DNA of 64,000 bases, from contig NC_058368.1 in assembly GCF_018350175.1 (NCBI RefSeq), positions 146,632,001 to 146,696,000 on the forward strand, given 5' to 3'. Below are positions 24,313-38,504 of this stretch, one piece after another. Positions within the stretch are counted from its first letter, which is position 1. Each line of letters begins with the position of its first letter. The stretch is from Felis catus (lineage: Eukaryota). The notes beneath the pieces are model-generated. The model worked only from the letters and a program-made list of their open reading frames with translations. It made no database searches and was not told the DNA's origin. Made by a program: the position numbers and the translations under genes.

Positions 24313-25657
24313 TTAAATTTTGACAGAGTAGATGGAGTTCAAAGATACCCACTTTGGTTTTCCCTTTGGAAAACTCCTGTTTGGGCATTATTGAGAGTGA
24401 AACACAAGGTATTACAAATACTACAGATATTGCAACTCTTATCAGGGAGACAGGCAATATGCATACAACTATTTTAAATCATATAGGATGTGGTGAAATA
24501 GTGACTACGTGTTTCCTTAGAACAGTTCCTTCTGAATTTAGTGGTGACTACTTTTTGATTTTTGAAAATCCGATTTTTTTTAAGAAACAAAAATCTTTGT
24601 GTACTAAGCCGCTGCATTTTCCCTATGTTGAAAAGGAATCTCGTCTATAACACCGTCACTTTTACACACATTTTACATTTCTTTAAACAGGACAGGCCAT
24701 TCTTTGTAAATCTGGAGTTATTATAATGTAGCATTTTATGATGACATGTTACTTTTTATTGCCTGAGACCGTTCTTTCTGATGCTCGGAGTTGTTTCCAG
24801 TGATTTGTAATTACAAACCTAAAATATATCATGTGGGTACTTCACTTCCTGGTCTATGTTCGTATTTCATGCTAAAGTAAGCCTGGAACCAAGACCCTTA
24901 AGAGTTGCAAACATAGTGTGTGGAACGTAGCACAAAACACAGAAGTATCAAAAATGCCAAGCAGCCTCTGCCAGAAACATCTTATTGTTTATTAGAAACA
25001 AGGCTGCACTGCAGAGTGGAAAGGAAGATGAAGACAAATGTCTCAACACCTGGAATCAAGTGAAGAGTGGTATTAAAATGTTTAATATCCTGTTTTTATG
25101 AAACCCCCCACATTATGGACGATGTAATAGTTTACATGTATCTTGGGTACATTTGATGTGGCTTTTTTGTTGTTTTGCAATCTGAGGCACTCCCTCTCCC
25201 CTGAGACACAGTGCAGCTTGGAAAGGAGGGAGAAAGATAGAGGCAGAGTACACAGGAACCCTTCAGGAGAGTAGTATTACCAAGTTTTCCTACTAAGCTT
25301 TGATTTGTTGCTGTAGTTTCTGATAAGTAACCTATCCACTGTTTCCAAACTCTACATTCATATTTTTTTGGACTTCTCTTTATCTTAAAATACATAATAT
25401 TCATTTTCCCTAACCAAAAACAGTCATTCATACTTACGGGTAAAAGCAGTGATAACCCTTACGATATGAAACAAGTGATCAGTTTGTGACTATAAAATGT
25501 TCAATTGTCTGAGTTAATTTAATTATAGTTTCTAGATTCCCTTCATCACAAACGCTTTTGGGTCACCCCAAAGTACACAGCAGCACTTGACAAACACTGG
25601 ACGTACAACTTTTTATTAGTGACTTGTCTAATCAACTCTTTGAAATTATTTTTCTAG

Positions 25658-28657
25658 CTAAACAGAATATATCAGAGGCTACAACCATCGAACTGAATAT
25701 CCTTGCAGAAACTGCATCATCCAGTTTTTCTGAAGAACTACAAATGGTACCTGACAGAACAACACCAGTCATCCCTTTAATCACTGACTTACCTATAATT
25801 ACAACAAAGTTCCCTCCTGTGGGAAATATAGTCAGTTTTGAACAGAAAACCACAGTTCAGTCTCAAGCTGTCACACACAGAGTAGTCACTGAATCATCCA
25901 CACCTACTGGGAGTACCAGAAAGCCTTGGGATTTGGACTACGACTCACCTTCTGCATCAGGACCACTTGGAGAGCCAGACATATCTGAAATTAGGGAAGA
26001 AGCACCCCAAAGTACAACCGTCATCCCCCGTCCTGCTCCTGATTCATGGGATGGTGTCAGGGAAGACATACAAACACGAGAATCAGTTACCCAAATTGAA
26101 CAAATAGAAGTGGGTCCCTTGGTAACATCTATGGAAATCTCAAAGCACATTCCTTCCAAGGAATTGTCTGCAACTGAAACACCATTTGTATCTACAACAA
26201 TGACGTTGGAATCCAAAACTGAAAAGAAAACAGTAAGCGCTATTTCCGAATCTGTGACCACAAGCCACTATGGATTCACCGTGGGAGAAGATGACAGGGA
26301 AGACAGAACATTTACAGTTAGATCTGGTCAGAGCACCTTGGTCTTTAGCCAAATACCTGAAGTTGTTACAGTGTCAAAGACATCAGAAGACACCACCTCC
26401 GCTCAACTAGAGGACAGGGAGTCAGTCTCAGCCTCAACAATTATTTCACCTGTAACTCTGCCTGACAGTAATGAATCATCTACAGACAAATGGGAAGAGA
26501 AACAAACTAATGGAAGGATAACTGAAGATTTTTTTGGCCAGTATGTGTCTACTACACCTTTCCCATCACAGCATCATACAGAAGTAGAATTGTTTCCTTA
26601 TTCTGGTGATAAAAGATTAGTTGAGGGAATATCCACAGTTATTTACCCCTCTCCACAAACAGAAATGGCACAAGGAAAAGAAAGAACAGGAACACTAAGT
26701 CCAGAGTTGAAAACAGATACTTACACTGATGATGAGATACAGGAAAAGATTACAAAAGATCCATTTCTAGGAAAAATAAAGGAAGAAGACTTCTCTGGAA
26801 TGCAGTTCTCGACCACTTCCTCAGAGCAAGTTCATCTTACAGAGTATTCAGTGGAAATGACCAAACCTTTTTATTCTCCAGCACTGACAACAACAAAGCC
26901 CCCAGAAGCAAGAGATGTGGAGGAAGACTTTATGACAACACCAGTTGAATTAGAAACAGATGGCTATCAAGAAACTACAAAGTATGATGAGGGTATTACG
27001 ACAACACATTTGAGCCACAGCACTTTAAATGTGGAGGTGGTCACTATATCAAAATGGGCATGGGATGAAGATAATACAACATCGAAGCCTTTAGAGTTCA
27101 CAGAACATGCAGGCCCTCCAAGATTCCCCCCTGTCTTACTCACTACTACAGAAGTGAGTGGAAATGATAAAGAAATCCCAAGTTTCACTGAAGATGGAGG
27201 AGATGAATTTACTCTTTTTCCAGATAGTACTCAAAAGCCATTAGAGGAGTTAACTGAGGAAGATACAACAGGCCACGGGAAATTCACAGTTGGATTTCAG
27301 CCAACTATGTTAACTGGTATTGCAGAAAAGCCAACTTTGAGAGATTCTACAATCGAAGAAAGAGTTCCACTTGTCACAACCACGGAAGGCCAAGTTGTTT
27401 ATGCAACTACAGAAGGAAGTGCTTTGGATGAAGGAGAGTATAGGGATGTCTCTAAGCCAGTATCTACTGTCCCCCAATTTGCCCAGACTTCGGAAGTAGA
27501 AGGATTGGCATTTGTTAATTATAGTAGCACCCAAGAATCTACTACTTATGTAGACACTTCCCATACCATTCCTCTTTCTGTAATTCCCAAGACAGAATGG
27601 GGAGTGTTGGTACCTTCTGTTCCCTCAGAAGGTGAAGTTCTGGGTGCACCCTCTCAAGACATACATGTCATTGATCAGACTCATCTTGAAGCAACTCTTT
27701 CTCCTGAGAGTCTAAGAACAACAACAAAAATCACGCGGGGAACAACTCAAGAAGAATTCCCTTGGGAAGAACAGACTTCAGAGAAACCAGTTCCTACTCT
27801 CAGTTCTGCAGTTGATACAGCCAAGGAGGCAGCAACACCTTTAGATGAACAAGAGAGTGATGGGTCAGCATACACAGTCTCTGAAGACAGATTGGTGACA
27901 GGTTCTGAGAGAGTCCCAGTTTTAGAAACAACTCCAGTTGGAAAAATTGAGCATAGTATGTCTTATCCACCTGGTGCTGTCACTGAGCACAAAGCAGAAA
28001 CTGATGAAGCAGTAACACTAATGCCAAGCATAGGATCAGAGGTGTCTTTAAGTCCAGAGCCTGAACGAAAGTATGAAACAGAAAGTACTAGTCCAGGGGG
28101 ATTTGTATCACCTTTCGGCACCCATGTTACCCAGCTTATAGAGGATACCACTACTGAGAAAAGAGAGAAAACATCTCTAGATTATATGGATTTAGGCTCA
28201 GGATTGTTTGAAAAGCCCAAAGCCACAGAAATACCAGAATTTTCAACAATTAAAGCCACTGTTCCAAGTGATATCACTGCCACCTTCAGTTCAGTAGAAA
28301 GACTCCACACGACTTCATCCAAGCCGTCTCCAGCACCCACTGAGAAACCGCCTCTCATTGACAGGGAACCCGGAGAAGAAACAACCAGAGACATGGTAAT
28401 CATTGGAGAATCAACGTCTCGTGTTCCTCCCACTACACTCGAGGATGTTGTAGTGAAGGAAACAGAAACTGATATTGATAGAGAGTATTTCACAACTTCA
28501 AGTACTCCATCTGCTACACAGCCAACAAGACCACCCACTGTGGAAGGCAAAGAGGCCTTCAGACCTCAGGCGCTTTCCACTCCAGAACCCCCAGCAGGGA
28601 CAAAATTCCACCCTGACATAAATGTTTATATTATTGAGGTCAGAGAAAACAAGACAG
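25658..28657 (+). CDS. VCAN: Versican exon 7, GAG-alpha domain (alternatively spliced; V0/V2), 3000 nt
   Basis: Core of ORF 25624..28767. Ser/Thr/Glu-rich; contains NIVSFEQ and ends KFHPDINVYIIEVRENKT. Acceptor tttttctag|, donor CAG|GTAAGT; phase 1-1. Confidence 0.96.
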
Positions 28658-29750
28658 GTAAGTCTTTGCTTTCTAGACATACCAGTCAAGGCAATCTGCA
28701 TTTTATCTTGAAAATTACTTTTGGAAAAAAAAAAATCAACCTATCAAATGCTGCCATTAGAAGATAACTGGAGTGTGAAAATTTCTGTATTTTAGCTGCA
28801 TATATTTGTACAAGAATTGGAAGAATATGTTATTTGGAAGAATGTTAGATACGAGTGTGTTTTTTAAAGTTCTAAGAAGCCCTGCTTTGTCATCTAATAT
28901 AACCAATCATCACTGTTACATCACTTCAGAACATGCAGAACAAAATGTTTTAATTTCAGTGTCTTTCCATGCATTACTACTCAAGTGTAGTACTAGACTG
29001 TGTTAACATTCCATCGGTCTTTAACTATTAACCTTCAGCACTTACATTGTGGACAGCTAAAACTGTATTGGCACATGTCTAAGGCTGACAGAAAGATGTC
29101 TACAGGTGTGCTTTGCGTTTTCTCTCCCAGGATTTTGTAGGTTTGTTGTACAGCTTGTGGGGTGGGTAACAGGTCTGTAGTTTAAATGTTATTTTATGAA
29201 AGTTCAACATACTGTTAAGCTGTTGTCTCTTGGGTATTTTAATAAGGCTCTGAATATTTACAACAAATACAATCTAGCTCAGTTCTAGGAAATGCTATAA
29301 TTCATTGTGTCACATATAATTTCAGATATGGATATGTCAGCATTACCTCTGCTCCCTAAAAAACAGGCTGTAATGTTACTTATTTTATTATATCATTGTT
29401 TTATCTCTAGGAATTTTTATGATGCCTTCTATTCTGCTCAAATATTTTATTTATCTCTCCAGCAAAATTCGTAAAAGCAGTTTCTTTACATCGAATAATA
29501 CTTGCCATTTTCATTATCAAATGCAACTTATTCCTTCCTAAAGGTCAGACCACACCATCTTTTGAATTTGGTAAGCTGAGCTGAGAACACATAGTGCATA
29601 CAGTTTAATAGATCAATTCAGGTTTGTATCTTTTTAATTTAGAAGTTAAGATCACTGATTTTAGTTAAATTGCTGTATACTAGTTTAAATATGTGATTTG
29701 AAAGAATAGTGATTTTTCCTTTACCGGGGTCTGAGAGGTTGGGCTAGAAG

Positions 29751-29752
<2 letters not shown>

Positions 29753-29782
<30 letters not shown>
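29753..29782. repeat. T30 homopolymer
   Basis: Uninterrupted poly-T followed by AGCAG. Confidence 0.95.
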
Positions 29783-29784
<2 letters not shown>

Positions 29785-31366
29785 CAGGTTCTCTCTCTTG
29801 CTGGTAAGACATTCCCCTCAGGGTGTCATTTTCTTAAAAGTGATGCTATCCTCATTAGAGGATACCTATTGGAGTGTACCTATTGGAAACAAACAGGTCG
29901 CTCTATTCGTCAGGTCAGCTGGCTTCCATTGCTGTAGGTGGCAACTTCACAGTCATAGTATCTAGAATTTTCTCAGTGTAAAGCCTCTGGCAGAGCAGTA
30001 AGTAGAAAGGAATGCATTCTCAGAGTATTGAAGGTAATGTCCACTGTCTAGTACAGTTGAAAGAGGCCAGGATTGGACATTATTGTTCTGCTAATGATAG
30101 TTTCTTGGAAACTATCTCATGTTTCCTGTTTCTTACATTCCCTTTCCACCTTTTGAAACTAAGATTAGAAAGACTGACTATGCAGAAGTTTTTCCCAATT
30201 TAGATTACTCTCATGTTAACGTAGATTCTACGCTGAATCAAATAATATAGGAAACAGTAAAACCATTCTGCACTTAAAAACTTTTCTAAATGGGAAACTG
30301 TGTGATAAGGTTAGGGTGATCGAGTTAAAAAATAGAAAGTGTGAAACTTTATCTTCCTGGAAAAATTGGCAGTCATCAAAAAAAAAAAATCTAAGTTTAT
30401 AAATGGTGACTCAAAATGGTGGTTCTGAGTAACTAACCCAGAAACCGTTTTATACAAAGGTGCATGTTTATATTTGAGGTGTGAACTTAATTCAGCTGGT
30501 CTGGGAGACATGCCTAGGTGTCCTCTGCCTTCTTCCACTTTGAAAACATGGGGCCATGATTCTCTCTCATACTAGTTTTCCTTCAGCATCGATAACAATA
30601 GGTCAGAAAAGTCTGCAACGGAAATGGTCGGGATTCTCCATCAGGAGGAGATTCCGGTGTGTGGGTAGTAGGGCGGGGGCCGGGGGAAGAGATAGAACTA
30701 TAGCCTGGAGTTATCTTGTCCCCTCCCCCTGTCTCTCTGTCTCCCTTTTTCTCTATCTTACATCTACCTATCATTTTTGTACACTTGAAAGAGGCCATTC
30801 TCCTTAGGACTAAAATCGTTGTTTATTGTCTTGATAAGACAACAAGATTTACTCAGCTCTAACTGCTGACTTTTACTAATTTTACTTCTTTTACACGAGA
30901 AAGTTAATTTTTTAAGCATCTTGAACTTTGGCAACGGAAAACCTTAAAGCAGATGTTAAATTAATGAGTTCTAAGGCAGGTGTACATTAATAAGGAAAAA
31001 TACACGTGTGCCTGGAAACCAACTTTTTATGTATCAAGGCACATTTTCCCAGATTGGAAAATCCTTGGTTCACATGTGAACTTGTATAAATCTATTCACA
31101 AACATAGAACCCCCCTCTACATGTACTATATGCCCAAGTAAACAAAAATGCCACCCGTGCTACACTAAACCAAGGCATTCATAATTTTTTGCTGTGCTCA
31201 GCAAGTCATGTAAATCTCGATTTTTTTTTTTTTTTACTACTATGAAACAAAACATGCTACTCAAGACACGTTTATGTTATATTTGCTGAAATGGATCTTA
31301 ATAGCAGCTTAAGGTGCTGTTGCTGGAGGGCAGCTGTAGTTAGCAGTTAAAAAAATCTGAAGGAAC

Positions 31367-31399
31367 TTTTCAGCTCATAAAAGTTTTATGAGCTGAAAA
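31367..31399. repeat. Perfect inverted repeat, 16-bp arms, 1-nt spacer
   Basis: ttttcagctcataaaa-g-ttttatgagctgaaaa. Confidence 0.95.
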
Positions 31400-31561
31400 A
31401 TGCTATGGGGTGTGTTTAACAGTGGTTCGGGGGATACTGAAAACATGACTCCTGTCTACTTCAGGAGTAATTTGCACACCTGCATTTTGAAAAATTATTG
31501 AAAGCTTTTCTTTGTGAACATGTATGAAGTCTACAGGATTTAATGATGTAGAAAGTTTTTT

Positions 31562-31792
31562 CTTTTTTTTTTTTTTTAATTTTTTTTTTCAACATTTATT
31601 TATTTTTGGGACAGAGAGAGACAGAGCATGAACGGGGGAGGGGCAGAGAGAGAGGGAGACACAGAATCGGAAACAGGCTCCAGGCTCCGAGCCATCAGCC
31701 CAGAGCCCGACTCGGGGCTCGAACTCACGGACCGCGAGATCGTGACCTGGCTGAAGTCGGACGCTTAACCGACTGCGCCACCCAGGCGCCCC
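31562..31792 (-). mobile_element. Young SINEC_Fc-type SINE
   Basis: CpG-rich with long poly-T; TSD tagaaagttttt at 31549 and 31793. Confidence 0.94.
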
Positions 31793-32539
31793 TAGAAAGT
31801 TTTTTCAATTCTGGGCTTTTTTTTCTTTTTTTTAAAGAATGCTCCCCTGTATCATCTGAAGTGTCACACGTTGGGGTGACAGAACTGTGAATGTTTTGAA
31901 AAACTGGTATACTGTTATCTTTAAACCAAAGAATAATTTGTAAATGTGCAGGTATTAAATCTGAATGTTATTATGCAAATGCTCATAGTTATAACCTTAA
32001 AATAGATGGCTTATTAGTTTGTTTTTTTTAAATGTGTTTGTATATACAACATCCTATTTGTCAGGCCAGCTTGATATTATTTGTTTTGTCAGGTGGTCTT
32101 TTTTGCTAGTTTTATAATTTACATCTAAGTATAAGGCAGGTGTAAGGCCAATATTAAACTAAAATGACATAAGTATTAAGGTACTGATAAAATTATTAAT
32201 GTAATGGTATTAAAAATTAGTGACATTTTGAGAAAGATAATTTTGGCCTCTAAATTAGAATTCATTTTGCTCGGTTTCCTTATTGGTAATTATGGTACCT
32301 TATTGCTTATATCATTCAGAAATAACTCTCATATTACCAATTCCTCCTGCATTTGTATCTGTACTTTGGAGCAGTGTACATAATGCTAATATCACTGAGG
32401 ACAGGATGAAGGATAAGGGATGTTGGCTCTGGGAACAGGAGATAGATGTCTGGGCGAATGGCAATATTTGTATCGTTGGGTGCGCAGTCATCATTTTTTG
32501 AAAGGCAACGTTTATACAAGATAGCTTCATATAATTTTT

Positions 32540-32732
32540 TTTTTTTTTTTGAGAGAGAGAGAGACAGAGTGAGAGGAGGGAGGGGCAAAGGAAGAGGGAG
32601 ACTGAATTCTAGGCAGCTCCAGACTGTGAGCTGTTAGCATAGAGCCTGACGTGGGACTCGAACCCACGAACCACGAGATCACCACTTGAACCAAAGTCAT
32701 ATGCTTAACCGACTGAGCCACCCAGATGCCCC
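32540..32732 (-). mobile_element. CanSINE (SINEC)
   Basis: TSD agcttcatataattttt at 32523 and 32733. Confidence 0.92.
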
Positions 32733-33019
32733 AGCTTCATATAATTTTTAAAAATCATGTATTTTTCATTTTTATAGCATTTATAATGTAGAAAAATTAC
32801 TTTAAGATTCTTTATTATATCAGATTCCTTTCTCCAAACAAAATCTTATTAGGGACACTGTATTTTGAGCACATGAAAGAGTGGCTCTTCTGGTTAATAT
32901 TTGAAAGGCAACTCTGCTCCCCACTATACCCCAACACTGCACCGTTCATGTTCATATTTGAGAGGAGATCAGGAATCAGATCTTATTTTGTGGCAGTTTC
33001 TAAAATAACATGTACCTCA

Positions 33020-33246
33020 TGGGACACCTGGGTGGCTCAGTCGGTTAAGTGTCTGAGTGCAGCTCAGGTCATGAGCTCGCGATCCGTGAGTTCAAGCCCT
33101 GCGTCAGGCTCTGTGCTGACACCTCAGAGCCTGGAGCCAGCTTCAGATTCTGTGTTTCCTTCTCTCTTTGCCCCTCCCCCACTCGCACTCTGTCTTTCTC
33201 TCTCTCTCAAAAATAAATAAAGCATTAAAAAAATTTTTTAAAGTAC
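33020..33246 (+). mobile_element. CanSINE (SINEC)
   Basis: TSD aataacatgtacctca at 33004 and 33247. Confidence 0.93.
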
Positions 33247-34629
33247 AATAACATGTACCTCAAAACACAGCTAGAAAAAGAATAATAACTTCTAGCGAGT
33301 TCAAAAGAAAGCAGCAATAATAATTCATTCCTGAATGAATTAATTTAACTTGAGAACATTTTTTAAATTGGTCTGATTACCAATACTCTTATCTCAGTAT
33401 CATAATATACATTTCTTGATGTTTACCTTTAAATAACTTTGTGTGTTGCTGAATAAAGCAAATGAAGCAAGTCTAGTTTCAGTCTTACCAATGCCTGTGC
33501 GTAATCAAAGTAATGTATAGTTACATTTCAGAACATCACATGTATGTGCAGAGCTAAGTCATCATCGAGCTCACACTTGGAGCTCGATACTTTCGGGGCA
33601 TGGTATACATATATTTTCATGTTTGAACTTCAGAGATAATTTGCGAGACAACTAGGGAAAGTACTGCAAATAGGGAATGGAGGCTCATGGTTTGTGTTTA
33701 GTTTGCTGCTAACATTGGGGGCTGCGGATGCTATTCAATACCTGCCATGGCAAGAGAACAGCATCCTGAAATTTGTGGCGCTGGTTCTGAGCTGCTTCTT
33801 CCGTTCAGAATTTCGGAACACATCCCTGAAATTGGATGGGGCCAGCGCTTGCACACATGAGTGGTTCCCTTTGCTGGTCTCCAGCTGTGGCTCCCTGCCA
33901 GAGAAGCACTCTCTCTTTTTTCTGGAGGGAATTAGGATGGCTTTCCCCATCTCTCCTTGGCTGCCTGAAATCTAGAAAAGGATCAAGTTCCTCTTCTAAT
34001 AGTCAAATAATGAAAAGGGAAGAGACTCTCTTCCCTTTGTTTCTATACTACGAAGAAAAGAATTGACCTTAGTGTTACTAAATTTATTAGTGAGTTTAAC
34101 ACTACATTACAGACCAGCGGTTACCTTTTTAGAAAGTCCTTCTAAGTGAAATATTTTTTATGTGTAACATATACATGCACACACTGCTCACATATAGACA
34201 TGCAGACACAAACACATAGTAGACGGTCAATTTCTTTAAATGCTCTATGAATGTTTTATTAACCCACCCACCTCGAGATACAATTCAAAAAACTGAAATT
34301 GTTTCTTCACAAGTTAAAGTTTAATAATAAAAGACATGTTCCATAGATAACTAAAAAGAACTTTATTATCTTCCTAACATGACCCGATGCCTATTCTTTC
34401 TGAAAATAGCATTTGCCATTACAACTTAGTGTTATCACAACTACTACTGAGGTGGGGCTCTATTTAAAGACAAATACCACTTATCTGTCACTGGCAATGA
34501 ACTCGAGAGAAAGGCACACACTGTCTTCCAGCATAGCATAGTCAAGCAAGGTTTATCTTGGTAAAGGCAAAGCTACAACACGCCTAGTCCTTTGACAGAT
34601 ATTACAAGAGGCACAGAATAAACATAAAC

Positions 34630-34860
34630 CATAAACCCTGCTTCCAAGGACTTTAAAGGCATAGAGCATTTCTGGGGAGCCAACATTAACACAATCAAAA
34701 TAACTGCAGTACGGAAACATATAGTTACACACAAGGTGATGTGGTACTAGCTATAAATGGCAGCTGGGGTCAGTGAATGAAGGAATCACTGGAGGCATAG
34801 AGGTCAGAGAATATTCTGTGAGAAGGATGAGGCTTCAGATGGGTCCTTGTTGGAGAGGAA
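34630..34860 (-). mobile_element. Probable L2 relic
   Basis: ccctgcttccaagga...gaggtcagagaatattctgtgagaagg...gggtccttg resembles antisense L2. Confidence 0.4.
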
Positions 34861-37800
34861 GATCAAAAACAAATTACTGGAAACCAGTTATTAACCTTTT
34901 GCTGCCTAACAGGGGACTAAGGAGCCACAAATATAATCAGACACTTTTCTAAATAGCACCAGTATGACAGAGGGTCACAGCCTGCTTTGGAAGATGAATG
35001 CCTTCTTAGTATTCACCTAGAAACCTGCACAGTGTGTGGAAACCAGAGATATTCAGCCAACTTCTTCAGGAGACAGTGTTCTCATACTACTTTCTTATCC
35101 TTCAGTGATTCATGCTTTTTTGACAAACGTAGCATCTTCTGTAGATTAAATATGTTTAACTTTCCAAAATGTATTCCCATGTCATGGTTCAAAGTGCCAC
35201 ACCTTTAAAGTTAAATGGCATAAAGCTACTTTACGAAGGGTGGGCTACGTACTCTAAAAGGCGAGTTAAAGGTTTATAACATCTAATTCAAGTGATTTTT
35301 GACCACTAGTATTACAGAAACAAGTGCTAGAGATTGGAGAGTCTGGAGTCAGTCCTTCTTTTATTTATCCATGGTGTGGACCCAGAAATTTCTTAATTTC
35401 TTTGTCAGAACTTTTTGCCAGCAAAATAGATGTAATGGTTATTATGTATAGAAGGAATAGTATTACCTAAACTTTGACCCATACTCTTTTTTCCAAGCCA
35501 CAGAGATTATGAAACAAGGAAAATGATCACCTACCTATACACACACGCACACACACACACATGCATACATATATACACACCTGTACATATAATATACCAA
35601 TATATTTTTTTCTCTTTTACTCAAGTCAGGTAATTACCATGTACAAGATACTACACTAGAACTGGATTTTTGGAGCACGCTCTGTGACGTTCTAAATGAA
35701 CATGGGTAGACAGTCTGTTGCGTTCATAGGATACATGGAAAAGACAGTTGACACAGTGTAAAGAGCCTTGGAAACAGTCCTGAGTTCTTTGTCAGCATTG
35801 TTATTTCACTCTGTTTGGCCTTAAAAATTGCTTTATCTCCAGAAGCCTCAGTTGTTATAATGTTAAAAATATACAACAATACTACAAACTCACTAGGTTG
35901 CTTCAAGGATAAAGGGATCTCTTCAAGGGTTTGCCCATCACTGTGGTAGAGATATCATAGAGTTAATATTTCATGACAACAAAGCACCAAGCCTAGTGCC
36001 TGGCACATGGGAACTACTTAGTACAAATTAATCCCGTCTCTGCTTTAGTAATTATTTTATTCTGGACTTGTAAATGTAGGAACACTTAGATGGTTTTGTA
36101 CTGTAAATAGGTAAAAAATGGAATTATCTTAAAATTCAGGATTTATACAGCAGGGAGCCAATTGTAATTACATCATAGTATCTGTGTGACTGTAAGAGCT
36201 TTTTAAAATTTTAATCCTCTATGAATTGTGTTTGTCCAGGGTGATGCCATTTTGGGTGCAAATCAGAAGCAGCTGCAACCCTTATTTAAAATTTAAATAT
36301 AGTATTGATTCTACAGTACCTATATGTAGAAGCCTTTAGCTTTCTGCTCTTTTTCGTGTGTGAAAAAACTTGGGCTTATGATTTTGATAACTACCAATCC
36401 ATTTTTTTTCCCAAAGAAAAAGATCTTTTTACAAATTCTTTATAAAATTGTCCAGGTACTGGGCCTAGTCTCTTCTTGCATATTCATGGAATGCATGGAC
36501 ATTCCCTGCTGTCTTTTTGTTGTTGTCAAGGAAACCCCCAGTTCTCTACACAGGGATTACATTCTTCTTTCTTAATAGCTCTTAGATCATTCATTTGTGC
36601 AATGAATAAAAAATGTATTCATGGGCCCAGACAGTGTTCAGAACGTTTTTGAGGGGAGGGATGTAGCCAAGGGGAGAGACGTGCATCGTGAGAGGAGCAA
36701 GAGGGATAAAGGAAAAGGGGAAAAAATGCTCCCTGAGGTTTCATTTTAATGAGGTAGAGCTAAAAATGTTATGTTTTTAATAAGGCTTGCTTATTTTTTA
36801 TCAGTGTACAAAGTGTATAACATTACACGGCAGTGAGGTCAGTTTGTCAGGTCCAAGAAGAAGGGTTGTTATTCAGTGGCTTCATTGGAAGAATGATTCC
36901 AAGAATGGGGCCCTGGCTGGGGAGCAAGGATGGGGATGTGTTTGGTAAAAAACTATTGTATATATATATTTTTTCATTTGTATTTAAGGACTTTGAATTT
37001 TTAACATAACTGAGGTGACAGAAAATGTGAAATGGTCTTTCATCCCAGGATATCATGTAGATAACTGAGTACTTTATTGTATTAAAAAGTGGTGTTCCTT
37101 AGATATGCCAATGTTTAGACTTTTTGAGTATGAATCAGGAGGAACACACCTATCTATCGGCAAGAAGGCTGTAATTGTTCTTCAAAAGAATGATTTGGTT
37201 CTTGGGAGGAAAATAAATTATGGAGAACCTTCTAAATATTTGCTTGAATAAATGCGATACGTATAAAGTATTTCTCCGTAAATACTTGAAAGTCTAAATA
37301 GGAAAGAAAGAACCTCTGGAGTGAGAGGAAAAGTTTAAATATATCTCAGCATCTGTGTCTATGAAAATTTGACCTGTCATGTCTATTATACCTAGACTTG
37401 CTTGCCCACATGTATCATTAGTACATGCTGTCTTGACTGGCTTCTACTGGCTTCATCTGTTGGCTTTGTACCACAGTCTTCTTAGTTTCTCATGGAGTGA
37501 TTTAGTTGCTTTGGCCATATTCTACATATAGTAAATTTCTGAAGATTTTGTTTTTTTCTAAGTTGCTGGAGGAAAAAGGAAATATATTATTATCGTATAT
37601 TTCTGTAGAGTATAACGGAATATAGTACAGCCATCATGTTTCACTATGGTGCAGTCTTACCTTGCTCTGCTCTGTAGGGAAGCCATTTACTATCTGCAGA
37701 TGAAACATTCTCTTCTCATCTCCTCACACTCAATTCCAGGAAATAATTGGAGATGTTGAAATAAAGCCATTCAATCAAGCTATTATGTGGCTGGAGAAAA

Positions 37801-38119
37801 GAAGATAACACAATCTATAGCTTAATAGAGAAGGCAACTTGAAATAATTAGGAAGCAAAAATGTATAATAAAGGCTATTTGCTTGCTGTAGTAAAAAAAA
37901 ATAGAAGTAATATGAAATAAGTTAATATAAGAAGCATCTTATATTTGGCCTCACAGTAAACTCTGGGCACTCATTGCCTCAGTGAGCCACCACCCTGCTT
38001 ACCCAGGAGGGCCCAGAGCTACACCAACCAGGCACTAGCCAGCTAACCAACCATGACACCATTCTGAGCAGGGGATTTTGAGAAACACCAGGAAATGGTC
38101 CAGTGCATAAATATTTCCC

Positions 38120-38368
38120 ACACTGCTTCTCAACACTGGCTGTAGGTTAGAATAACCAGGGAGCCTCTAAATAAAAATACCTACTACCTCATCCCTCATC
38201 AGACAACTTAAATCTGGATTTCTAGTTGAGGGGCTCAGGCATTTGTATTTTTTGTTTGTTTTTTTTTCTTAAATTTGCTTCATTTATTTATTTCTCATTA
38301 CTAGATATCTGTATTTTTAAATGCATCTCATGTGATTTTGATGCACAGTGAGAGTTGAACGTTACTGG
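38120..38368. mobile_element. MER5-type hAT MITE with internal T-rich insert
   Basis: cactgcttctcaa...ttagaataaccaggg...tgtgattttgatgcacag...gttgaacgttactg; degenerate CAGTGGTTCTCAA-like ends. Confidence 0.6.
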
Positions 38369-38504
38369 TAAAGTGAAGGCTTTCTGAGTTGCACACAGCT
38401 GGCTAAAATAGACATTCCTGGGGAAGGGAATGCTTTAAGCCTCTGTACTTTCCCCATTTTAAGGAGATAAAGAATATGTCTAATACAATCTCCCCTGAAT
38501 GAAA

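Noticed and set aside
33564..33588. 9-bp stem atcgagctc/gagctcgat
   Set aside because: Short enough to occur by chance in 64 kb, with no supporting context.
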